DNA from: Sideroxydans lithotrophicus
GTDB taxonomy: Bacteria > Pseudomonadota > Gammaproteobacteria > Burkholderiales > Gallionellaceae
DNA length: 64,000 bases
Direction of reading: 5' to 3'
Assembly: GCA_020723185.1 (NCBI GenBank)
Contig: DYJI01000007.1
Span: 59,003 to 123,002 of the forward strand
This document shows positions 52,784 to 60,374 of this stretch, piece by piece (position 1 is the first letter of the stretch; every line of letters begins with the position of its first letter). Under the pieces are notes generated by a model. It worked only from the letters and a program-made list of their open reading frames with translations, was not told the DNA's origin and made no database searches. Position numbers and translations under genes: made by a program.

Positions 52784-53874
52784 GGCAAAGGACTATCAGT
52801 GACGACTTCTGGCGCGACTCACAAATATGGGGATTGAGCCAAGAGGATACTGCGACCCTGCTGTATCTACTCACCAGCCCATCCTCCAACATCATCGGCT
52901 GTTACCGCGTGGTGTGGCGGATAGCTGCCGCAGAGATGGGCTGGACCGCCGATCAAATGCTAGTTGTGGTCAAGCGCCTGCAGGAGAAAGACCTCATTGA
53001 ATACACAGATTCAGGCTGGGTCTGGGTGAAGATCTGGTGGCGGCATAACTCCACGGCCGTTGCCCTGAATCCCAAGTCGAAGCTCATCAAGCATGCGCGG
53101 AATCAGTTTGCCGACATCCCAAGAGATTGGCTGGACGCCTTCGGGAAGAGCCTGGAAGCGCTTGGGATCAACACGCGCGAAATCGGGTTTCCAAGCCCCA
53201 TCAAGGCGGCACCAGATGCCCCATCTAATACCCCATCTAATACCCCATCTAATACCCCTTCTGATGCCTCATCACATGCCTCATCAGATGCCTCATCAGA
53301 TGCCTCATCAGATGCCTCATCAGATGCCCCATCGGAAAACGTGAAAACCCATCAACAACGGGGTTTGGATGCCCCATCAGATGCGGCACCAGATGCCCCA
53401 GGGGATGGGGCCGGGGGTAACAGGTATCTGGTATCTGGTAACACCACCACCACAAGCTCCTCCTCCCAAGATGGCAAACCCGTGGTGGTGGTGCCAGATT
53501 TATTTTTTCCACCCCCAACCCCCCAACCCGAGCGTGACTCGATCCAGGCGGTATTGGTCAGCAGCGGTGTCGCCGAGGAATTCTGGCAGATGCTCGTTGA
53601 TGAGCTGTACGGCGCTCGCATGCATCGAGAAATCAGCAATCCGGTGGGCTACATCCGCGGGATGGCCGAACGGGCGATCAGCGGCACCTTTACCCCGGAA
53701 CGCGGCATCAATGTGGCGAAGAAGCGGGAAGAGGCTGCCGCTCAGGCACGGCAAGACGAGGCACAAAACAAGGCATTTCTGGACAGCCAACGCCCAGCAG
53801 ACGAAGTGCTGAGCCGCCTACCAGCTCGCACAAGCGCTTTCTTGGAAAAGATGACGGGAGGACATTCGAAATGA
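52780..53874 (+). CDS. Phage-type replication initiator-like protein
   Basis: N-terminal ISDDFWRD...LLYLLTSPSSNIIGCY...AAAEMG winged-helix pattern; central repeat tract; C-terminal ISNPVGYIRGM. Confidence 0.7.
   Translation: MRQRTISDDFWRDSQIWGLSQEDTATLLYLLTSPSSNIIGCYRVVWRIAAAEMGWTADQMLVVVKRLQEKDLIEYTDSGWVWVKIWWRHNSTAVALNPKSKLIKHARNQFADIPRDWLDAFGKSLEALGINTREIGFPSPIKAAPDAPSNTPSNTPSNTPSDASSHASSDASSDASSDASSDAPSENVKTHQQRGLDAPSDAAPDAPGDGAGGNRYLVSGNTTTTSSSSQDGKPVVVVPDLFFPPPTPQPERDSIQAVLVSSGVAEEFWQMLVDELYGARMHREISNPVGYIRGMAERAISGTFTPERGINVAKKREEAAAQARQDEAQNKAFLDSQRPADEVLSRLPARTSAFLEKMTGGHSK
53215..53400 (+). repeat. Intragenic 12-bp tandem repeats (iteron-like) plus a small inverted repeat
   Basis: Ten in-register units at 53215-53334 (AATACCCCATCT x2-3, GATGCCTCATCA x4-5), then AAACCC...GGGTTT, then further GATGCCCCATCA-like copies from 53368. 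Confidence 0.85.
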
Positions 53875-54179
53875 GCACCACCAATTCCTTGCAAAAGGAC
53901 ATCGTGACGCTGAATCGGCGATTCCTGTTGGTTGTCCAGCAGATGGCCAACGCAAAGCATCCTCTCTTGGCCCCCTGTGTTCCTGGCTGGCTGATGCAGA
54001 AAGTGCGCAACATGACGCTTGAGGAGATCGATGCACTTGCAGAAGACATGATCGCACCTTGCTTCCATCTGAATCTTCAGGAGGGGCACTTCGACCAGAT
54101 GAAAGAGATCCCTCAAGGATCTCGACGCAAGGCGTATTTGGCCAATGTGGTCGCCACTCACTCGGCTTCCCATGCTTAA
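53871..54179 (+). CDS. FlhD-like activator subunit (SetD/AcaD analogue)
   Basis: DIVTLNRRFLLVVQQMA...MTLEEIDALA...CFHL pattern; precedes the FlhC-like gene. Confidence 0.72.
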   Translation: MSTTNSLQKDIVTLNRRFLLVVQQMANAKHPLLAPCVPGWLMQKVRNMTLEEIDALAEDMIAPCFHLNLQEGHFDQMKEIPQGSRRKAYLANVVATHSASHA

Positions 54180-54675
54180 CGAGACCATTGCACAAACGCA
54201 GGCTTTTGCCACGACCCTGATCAGGGATGGCATGCGCATAGCGCTTGTGCACTCCATTACCGGAATTGCCCGGCACCATCTGCTGGATTTGCGCAAATCG
54301 ATACATGGGGACGATGCGCCGATGCAGGGGCGGATGCCGAACGACACCATGGCGTACATCAAGAGCGGCCAGTCCACAGTTGCGCTCGCGACGGTGGTTG
54401 CGGTGTACGTTGGGGCAGAGAAAAAACACAAGTCGCCGGTTGAAGCGTTTATGGACGCATGGGCGGTGGCAAAGTTGTTTGCAGATGGCGCGACTCCGCT
54501 GGACATCAATGCCGCTTGGTATGCGGTGCGCGATGTCAAAGCCGGCCTGATTACATGGGCCTACTGCAAAAACTGCAAGGCAGGGTATCTACTCGATACC
54601 AAGCAAACAAAAAAGACAGACATCTGTCCTTACTGCGGCGCTCAGAAACAAAAGCAGATCGAGGTGGCCCAGTGA
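54172..54675 (+). CDS. FlhC-like activator subunit (SetC/AcaC analogue)
   Basis: GMRIALVHSITG N-terminus, LDINAAWY, C-terminal Zn site CKNC...CPYC. Confidence 0.8.
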   Translation: MLNETIAQTQAFATTLIRDGMRIALVHSITGIARHHLLDLRKSIHGDDAPMQGRMPNDTMAYIKSGQSTVALATVVAVYVGAEKKHKSPVEAFMDAWAVAKLFADGATPLDINAAWYAVRDVKAGLITWAYCKNCKAGYLLDTKQTKKTDICPYCGAQKQKQIEVAQ

Positions 54676-55130
54676 GCGCGCTCAACTCTTTCAGACTGCT
54701 GGCCATAGCCATGTGCTTCTTCAGCGCTGGCGCATTCGCAGACGACCCAATGTGCTTCGAGAAGGCCTCCGAGCGTTATGGGGTGCCAGCAGAACTGCTA
54801 CGGGCAATCTCTCATGTGGAATCGCGTGGCAATCCTCACGCGAGAAACGAAAACAAGAACGGCTCAACCGACATCGGCCATATGCAGATCAATTCGTCCT
54901 GGCTGCCGACTCTCTCCAAGTATGGGATTTCCAAAGCTCAATTGATTGAGGCATGCACCAATACATTTGTTGGTGCATGGATCTTGGCCGACAACATTTT
55001 CCGCATGGGATATCGGTGGGAAGCCATCGGCGCATACAACGCAAGGAACCCAGCCAAGGCCGCCCGCTATGCAAGGAAGGTGGCTGCGGCATTGCATGCA
55101 CAAACCAGACAAACAGGGGCTCTGAAGTGA
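54672..55130 (+). CDS. Soluble lytic transglycosylase (LtgX-like)
   Basis: LLRAISHVESRG, DIGHMQINS, AIGAYN. Confidence 0.92.
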   Translation: MSALNSFRLLAIAMCFFSAGAFADDPMCFEKASERYGVPAELLRAISHVESRGNPHARNENKNGSTDIGHMQINSSWLPTLSKYGISKAQLIEACTNTFVGAWILADNIFRMGYRWEAIGAYNARNPAKAARYARKVAAALHAQTRQTGALK

Positions 55131-55780
55131 ACTGCCGGCACATATCAATTCCAATGCTCATTGTCGCGCTTTCGGGGTGCGCAAGTAGCCTCGAAACCAT
55201 TACCCCAGCTGAACCAGCACGCATTGGGTATCTGGATGGGAAGTTCAGGGTGTGTCGGGAGGACTGTCCAGTTCCCACACCCAAAGAGTTGGACGATTCA
55301 ACTCCAATGGAACACATGGTCGCCGAGATGGTTAAGAAGTCCATGAGCGCGCCCACCCCTCCAACTATCGATGCTCAGAAAGTGCAAGGCGTTTCGGAAA
55401 AGCGCACAGAGCCAACAACCGCAGCTCAGCAGTATGAGATTTATTTCGACTTTGGCATGAGTCGGCCCAACGCAGAGGGCGAAAACGAGCTCAGAAGATT
55501 CGAGGAGAGTATTCGAGGGTTGAATGACCTGAAGATCGAGCTTGTCGGCAGAACAGACGACATCGGAACAAGCAAATTCAATCGACGGCTTGCAAGAAAG
55601 CGAGCCTTAAACATTGCCGACTGGATCAAAGCGCACGGCATCAAGGCGCGGATCGCACTTTCCACCAAAGCCGAGTGTTGCCGCGCAGCGCCGTATGACA
55701 AGCGCGAGCCGACCTTCAAAGAAAAAAGAAGGGTAACGATCATTTCTCGGCAGATAGGGGAGGGGCAAATGAACAAGTGA
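55127..55780 (+). CDS. OmpA-domain lipoprotein (Yag-like)
   Basis: GTG start, LSGC lipobox, IYFDFG, GRTDDIG..FN..LARKRA, RRV. Confidence 0.85.
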   Translation: MNCRHISIPMLIVALSGCASSLETITPAEPARIGYLDGKFRVCREDCPVPTPKELDDSTPMEHMVAEMVKKSMSAPTPPTIDAQKVQGVSEKRTEPTTAAQQYEIYFDFGMSRPNAEGENELRRFEESIRGLNDLKIELVGRTDDIGTSKFNRRLARKRALNIADWIKAHGIKARIALSTKAECCRAAPYDKREPTFKEKRRVTIISRQIGEGQMNK

Positions 55781-55830
55781 AAACCGCTCCTGGCAATACC
55801 AAGTTTTCTAACCACACAAGGAATTACACG

Positions 55831-56121
55831 ATGAAATCGCAACAACTGAAAAAGCAACTTCTTCTGGCGCTGGCCATGCTCGTTCCGTTCTCCGCATTCG
55901 CGGGCACGACCGGCGCCGAGTTCCTGGCTCTCTACAACTGGATCTTGGGCATCGCAACAGGCTATGCCGCACGCGCAATCTCGATTGCGGCCATCGTGAT
56001 CGGTGCACTCATGTCCCTCGGCCGCGGTAGCCCGATGCCGATTCTGGCCGGTATCGGATTCGCAGTGTTCCTGGCATATCTACCGGGCGTTGTGAACGGC
56101 TTGCTGACCGCAACGATTTAA
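55831..56121 (+). CDS. traA: Conjugative pilin TraA
   Basis: Leader ending AFA-GTTGAEF followed by two hydrophobic helices; AAGGA RBS. Confidence 0.85.
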   Translation: MKSQQLKKQLLLALAMLVPFSAFAGTTGAEFLALYNWILGIATGYAARAISIAAIVIGALMSLGRGSPMPILAGIGFAVFLAYLPGVVNGLLTATI

Positions 56122-56125
56122 CTTT

Positions 56126-56159
56126 GCCCGACCGACCCGTTAGCCACGGGTCGGCGGGC
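56126..56159 (+). terminator. Strong hairpin after the pilin gene (no U tract)
   Basis: GCCCG-A-CCGACCCGT / ACGGGTCGG-CGGGC. Confidence 0.55.
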
Positions 56160-56185
56160 TGCATATATCTAAAAGGAGAATCACA

Positions 56186-56392
56186 ATGCTGTCGAACAAG
56201 GATTACATCAAGAACCTCATCATCGCGGCAACTTTCATTGCGCTCGGGATATTGCTTCCCGGATCGACGATAACCGATCAAGCCGCATTCACTGCAAACA
56301 TCACCGGCATTTCTATGGGCATCGGCATCGGCTGGCTCATCAAGACGGTCTTTGAGCAAAAGCCGGTGAAGCAGGAAAAGCAAGAAGCATAA
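56186..56392 (+). CDS. Small two-TM hypothetical protein
   Basis: AAGGAG RBS; two hydrophobic segments and a charged tail. Confidence 0.7.
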   Translation: MLSNKDYIKNLIIAATFIALGILLPGSTITDQAAFTANITGISMGIGIGWLIKTVFEQKPVKQEKQEA

Positions 56393-56405
56393 GGGGCTCG
56401 GCAAA

Positions 56406-56693
56406 ATGGAACCTGGTTACATTCCTCGAACACTTGACCATCAAGAGAAGTTCTTCTTCTGGGAAGCGGACCAATTCATTCTTGCCGTGCTGATTATCGG
56501 TCTTGGCGTGTCACTCGGAATGATGCTGTCCGGAATCATCGGCGGAGGGCTGGTGGCTTATGCCTACGGGCGGCTGAAGTCTGGAAAACATCCCAAATTC
56601 GCCGCCCATCTTATGTACTGGTGGCTGCCAAGCGCCATATCTACCAAGACCCAGATAACGCCACCATCTGATTGTCGTTATTACCTAGGCTAA
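56406..56693 (+). CDS. traL: F-type conjugal transfer protein TraL
   Basis: IPRTLD..EKFFFWEAD, HLMYWWLP, PPS..RYYLG. Confidence 0.9.
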   Translation: MEPGYIPRTLDHQEKFFFWEADQFILAVLIIGLGVSLGMMLSGIIGGGLVAYAYGRLKSGKHPKFAAHLMYWWLPSAISTKTQITPPSDCRYYLG

Positions 56694-56695
56694 CC

Positions 56696-57286
56696 ATGAC
56701 ACCTAATCACATCGCTTCGACGCATCAAAAGAAGGCCGCCGAGATTTCATTCCTGCGGCTGGTTGTGGGCGGGCTGCTCGTTTTGAGCATCGTGGAGGGA
56801 TTCCTGATCTCCAAAACACTCGGCATGGAAAAGATTGTCGTCACTCCACCTCACATCGAGAAGAGCTTCTGGGTGTCAGCTGAGGGTGTATCGAAGAGCT
56901 ATCTTGAGCAGATGGCTTACTGGTATGCAGGGCTGGCGCTGACCGCAACCAGATCGACCGGCGAATACCAGAAAAAACTATTCCTGCAATACGCAAGCCC
57001 GCAGAAAGCCGGTCAGCTTGCAACTGAAATGACGGCTCGGTTGGAGTTCATGGAAAAGAACTCAGCATCGACCATGTTCACTGTGCGCGCAGTTAAGGCG
57101 GATGAAAAGCTGATGCGGGTGGCGATTTACGGCGACCTTGAGACTTACGTGCAAGACAAGCGCATATCCATCAAGCCAGTCATTTATGTGATCGCCTTCC
57201 AGAATCTCAACGGAAGAATTTTTGTTACTGAGTTCAAGGAAACAAATGAAAAAGATATTTTTGGTATCGGCGCTACTCCTCAATAG
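56696..57286 (+). CDS. traE: F-type conjugal transfer protein TraE
   Basis: N-terminal TM, VVTPP..EKSFWVS...SKSYLEQMA. Confidence 0.9.
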   Translation: MTPNHIASTHQKKAAEISFLRLVVGGLLVLSIVEGFLISKTLGMEKIVVTPPHIEKSFWVSAEGVSKSYLEQMAYWYAGLALTATRSTGEYQKKLFLQYASPQKAGQLATEMTARLEFMEKNSASTMFTVRAVKADEKLMRVAIYGDLETYVQDKRISIKPVIYVIAFQNLNGRIFVTEFKETNEKDIFGIGATPQ

Positions 57287-57920
57287 CCTACAGGTTCAAG
57301 CGGCCCAAATGGTGTTCCAAGGGTCACCAACAGATGCTACGACCGCGCTGGTCTCTCGGCACGAGCCGAATCTGATCACGGTCGATGGGAAAAAGATTCG
57401 GCGCATCCACGGTGCGCAGGGATTGTTCACCATCACCCCGGAACCCGACACCGGCTCGGCCTGGCTCAAGCCAACGTCTGACAAGCCGATGATGAGTGCC
57501 TACATCACGGACGAAGATGGGCAGCACTACAAGTTGCTGCTGAAGGTCGAGGACATTCCGGCAGAAACGATCATCGTCAAAGGGCGAGGATTGAAGGGGC
57601 TGTCAACGTCTGCAAGCGGCAAAAATGAACCGAGAAACGACGATATCATCAATGCCACTGTCGCTCTGTTCAATGGCCACGGGGATCGAAAGAGCGAAGT
57701 CATCCCGCTTTGGAAAGGGACGAGATTTGAGCTCGTGAGAACCATAGATCTTCGCGGACTGCGCGGCGAGGCATATGTCCTGACCAATACATCCAACAAA
57801 CGAATCGTCATGGATGAGCGCGAATTCTACCGTGCTGGTATCCAGTCGGTGTCCCTTGAAAAGCCAACTCTGGAAGCTGGTCAATCCACTCGCGTCATCG
57901 TCATCAGCGAGGTTGAATGA
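57246..57920 (+). CDS. traK: F-type secretin-like TraK
   Basis: Signal peptide, VSRHEPNLITV; located between traE and traB. Confidence 0.85.
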   Translation: MKKIFLVSALLLNSLQVQAAQMVFQGSPTDATTALVSRHEPNLITVDGKKIRRIHGAQGLFTITPEPDTGSAWLKPTSDKPMMSAYITDEDGQHYKLLLKVEDIPAETIIVKGRGLKGLSTSASGKNEPRNDDIINATVALFNGHGDRKSEVIPLWKGTRFELVRTIDLRGLRGEAYVLTNTSNKRIVMDEREFYRAGIQSVSLEKPTLEAGQSTRVIVISEVE

Positions 57921-59131
57921 TGTCCATTTCCGCAAAACTGGCCAGCATGAGCCCCAAGAACCGCCAGTATCTGCTCTTGGGTGGGGGCGCAGCTGCGATA
58001 TTGGTTCTCTCGTTTATATCCGCATCCCTGATGGGCGACCCAACACCGCCTGCGGCGACAGCCTCCAACCAAGATGCTGAGCCAACGAATATCGCCACTC
58101 CGGGTGCTGCTGCCGATCCAAAGGATATTTGGATGGAGCAGTCATCAATGCAGATGCAGCAGATGAACGATGTCATCAAGGGGCTGAAGGAGCAGATGGC
58201 CAACATGGAGGCACCGAAACCAGCGGCAACGCCTGCTGAATCGCTGTTGCCGCCACTGCCCCCACTTGTGCCACCTCAACAAGTTCAGGCAACTGCTGTG
58301 CCTGAAATCGAACCGCTGCCACCAGTGCCGGCACCAGAACCTGGGATTGCATCCTTCGAGGTGAGCCAAGCCCCGACCGCGCCGAAAGCCGAAGAGGTCC
58401 AAGACACCAAGATGGGATATATCCCTGCGGGCACATTTGTTCGTGTCGCACTCTTGGGAGGCCTTGATGCACCCACTGGGGGGCAGGCGCAGAACAACCC
58501 CCACCCGATCCTGATGCGCGCACAAGATAACGCCTTCCTGCCCAACAGGTACCGGTTTGAGATCAAGGAATGCTTTCTGCTGGCGTCTGCCTATGGCGAC
58601 ATCAGTTCAGAAAGGGCCATTGCCCGGCTGGAGAACATTTCCTGCATCCGCAATGATGGGACGGCAGTGGATGTCAATGTGAAGGGCTATGTGGTTGGCG
58701 AAGACGGGAAGGCCGGAATGCGCGGCAGGCTCATCAGCAAACAGGGCCAAGTGCTGGCCAACGCACTCCTTGCCGGAATTGGCTCAGGCATCGGGCAAGC
58801 ATTCCAGGCAGGCACGACTACGCAATCGGTGAGTGCGCTTGGGTCTACCTCAACCGCCAACACTGGGCAGCAAATTCAGAACGGTGTTGGCGCTGGGGTG
58901 GGTAAGGCGCTGGACCGGCTAAGTCAATACTACATTGGTCTTGCAGAGAAGCTTTTCCCAATCATCGAGGTTGATGCAGGAAGAACCGTGGAGGTCGTAT
59001 TCACAAAAGGCTTCTCGTTGGAGACCAACCAACAGGAGCAGACCGGAACCTACAGTGATCTGTGGAAGCGCGCGAAATCTGTAATGGGCGACTCTGTGCC
59101 TTTAAATGATGCCAACCCGGTCAACCCATAA
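57917..59131 (+). CDS. traB: VirB10-like TraB
   Basis: N-terminal TM, Pro-rich linker, IPAGTFV..LLGGLDAP, GDISSERA, GKAGMRGRL. Confidence 0.92.
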   Translation: MMSISAKLASMSPKNRQYLLLGGGAAAILVLSFISASLMGDPTPPAATASNQDAEPTNIATPGAAADPKDIWMEQSSMQMQQMNDVIKGLKEQMANMEAPKPAATPAESLLPPLPPLVPPQQVQATAVPEIEPLPPVPAPEPGIASFEVSQAPTAPKAEEVQDTKMGYIPAGTFVRVALLGGLDAPTGGQAQNNPHPILMRAQDNAFLPNRYRFEIKECFLLASAYGDISSERAIARLENISCIRNDGTAVDVNVKGYVVGEDGKAGMRGRLISKQGQVLANALLAGIGSGIGQAFQAGTTTQSVSALGSTSTANTGQQIQNGVGAGVGKALDRLSQYYIGLAEKLFPIIEVDAGRTVEVVFTKGFSLETNQQEQTGTYSDLWKRAKSVMGDSVPLNDANPVNP

Positions 59132-59144
59132 CAAAGGAATTTTG

Positions 59145-59870
59145 ATGAAACTGAATGTGAAAATTATCGCTGCATTTCTGATGGCGCTTGTAACTACGGT
59201 TCATGCGGAGCAGGGCGACCTGTCTGCAATCGCCACCAAGCTGAGTGCGCTTTATCCGGCCACCCAGTTCAATGAGATTCGCCCATCGAAGTTTGATGGG
59301 CTGTATGAAGTCGTGATGGGGAAGAACATTGGCTACACAGACAGCGAGGGTCGATATTTCCTGTTTGGTCACGTATTTGACATGCAGACGCGACAGGACC
59401 TGACGCAGCAACGCATCGATGAGCTGAACAAGGTGAACTTCTCCGAGTTGCCCCTGAAGGATGCCATCAAAGAGGTGCGTGGCAATGGGCAACGCAAACT
59501 GGTTGTGTTCTCTGACCCGGACTGTCCTTTCTGCAAGAAGCTGGAGCGCGAGTTGCCCCAACTGGATAACGTCACGATCTACACATTCCCGCTACCACTC
59601 GAAGGATTGCATCCGGATGCGCCTCGAAAAGCAAAATCGATCTGGTGTTCAGGCAAGAGGCAGGCTGCCTGGCATGACTATTTGGTGAGCGACAAGCAGC
59701 CGACCGCGAACACGGACTGCGCCAACCCGATTGACCGAAACATTCAGCTGGGACAGAGGCTGGGCATCAACGGCACGCCGACCCTTGTGGCAGAAGATGG
59801 CCGTGTCATGCCTGGCGCAGCTTCTGCCGCTCAAATCGAAAACTGGTTGAACCAAAAAGGGAGTAACTGA
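59145..59870 (+). CDS. dsbC: DsbC-like thiol:disulfide isomerase
   Basis: FSDPDCPFC, GINGTPT. Confidence 0.92.
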   Translation: MKLNVKIIAAFLMALVTTVHAEQGDLSAIATKLSALYPATQFNEIRPSKFDGLYEVVMGKNIGYTDSEGRYFLFGHVFDMQTRQDLTQQRIDELNKVNFSELPLKDAIKEVRGNGQRKLVVFSDPDCPFCKKLERELPQLDNVTIYTFPLPLEGLHPDAPRKAKSIWCSGKRQAAWHDYLVSDKQPTANTDCANPIDRNIQLGQRLGINGTPTLVAEDGRVMPGAASAAQIENWLNQKGSN

Positions 59871-60373
59871 TGCGCAAATTCCTACCACTCGTCTGCTTGT
59901 TGATGGCCGGATGCGCCGGAATCGACAGCGATAGCCACTTCAAGTGCAAGGCACCGGAAGGAATCGGGTGCTCCTCGTTGTCCGGCACCTATGCCAATGC
60001 GATCGAAGATAACTTGCCCGGCTCTCCTGTCACGAAGTCAGCCACCTACGATAGCGGCGAAGAAAAGGAGCGCTCCATTACTGGAGTTGCCCCGAGCACC
60101 GGCATGCCAGTCTTGAGCGAACCTGTTGTGCTACGCATCTGGGTCGCCCCTTGGGAGGATAGCCGGAAGGTATTGCACGATCAGGCATATCTGTATGCGG
60201 TCGTCGATCCTGGACACTGGCAAATCGAGCACAACAAAAAACGCATATCTGAACAGTATCGCGTGCTTACTCCGGCGCAGCGGAAAGAGACCGCTCCCCA
60301 AGAGCCCAGACCTCGGCCCCAGTCATTTCAACCGAGCGGCGCCGAATCTCAACAGCCCAATGGTGTGAACTAA
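59870..60373 (+). CDS. traV: Lipoprotein TraV
   Basis: MAGC lipobox, FKC...C, VLRIWVAPWED. Confidence 0.9.
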   Translation: MRKFLPLVCLLMAGCAGIDSDSHFKCKAPEGIGCSSLSGTYANAIEDNLPGSPVTKSATYDSGEEKERSITGVAPSTGMPVLSEPVVLRIWVAPWEDSRKVLHDQAYLYAVVDPGHWQIEHNKKRISEQYRVLTPAQRKETAPQEPRPRPQSFQPSGAESQQPNGVN

Positions 60374-60374
60374 A

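Noticed and set aside
53215-53334. Tandem repeats as a possible CRISPR array
   Set aside because: The 12-bp units are contiguous with no spacers, lie in frame within a CDS, and there are no cas genes.
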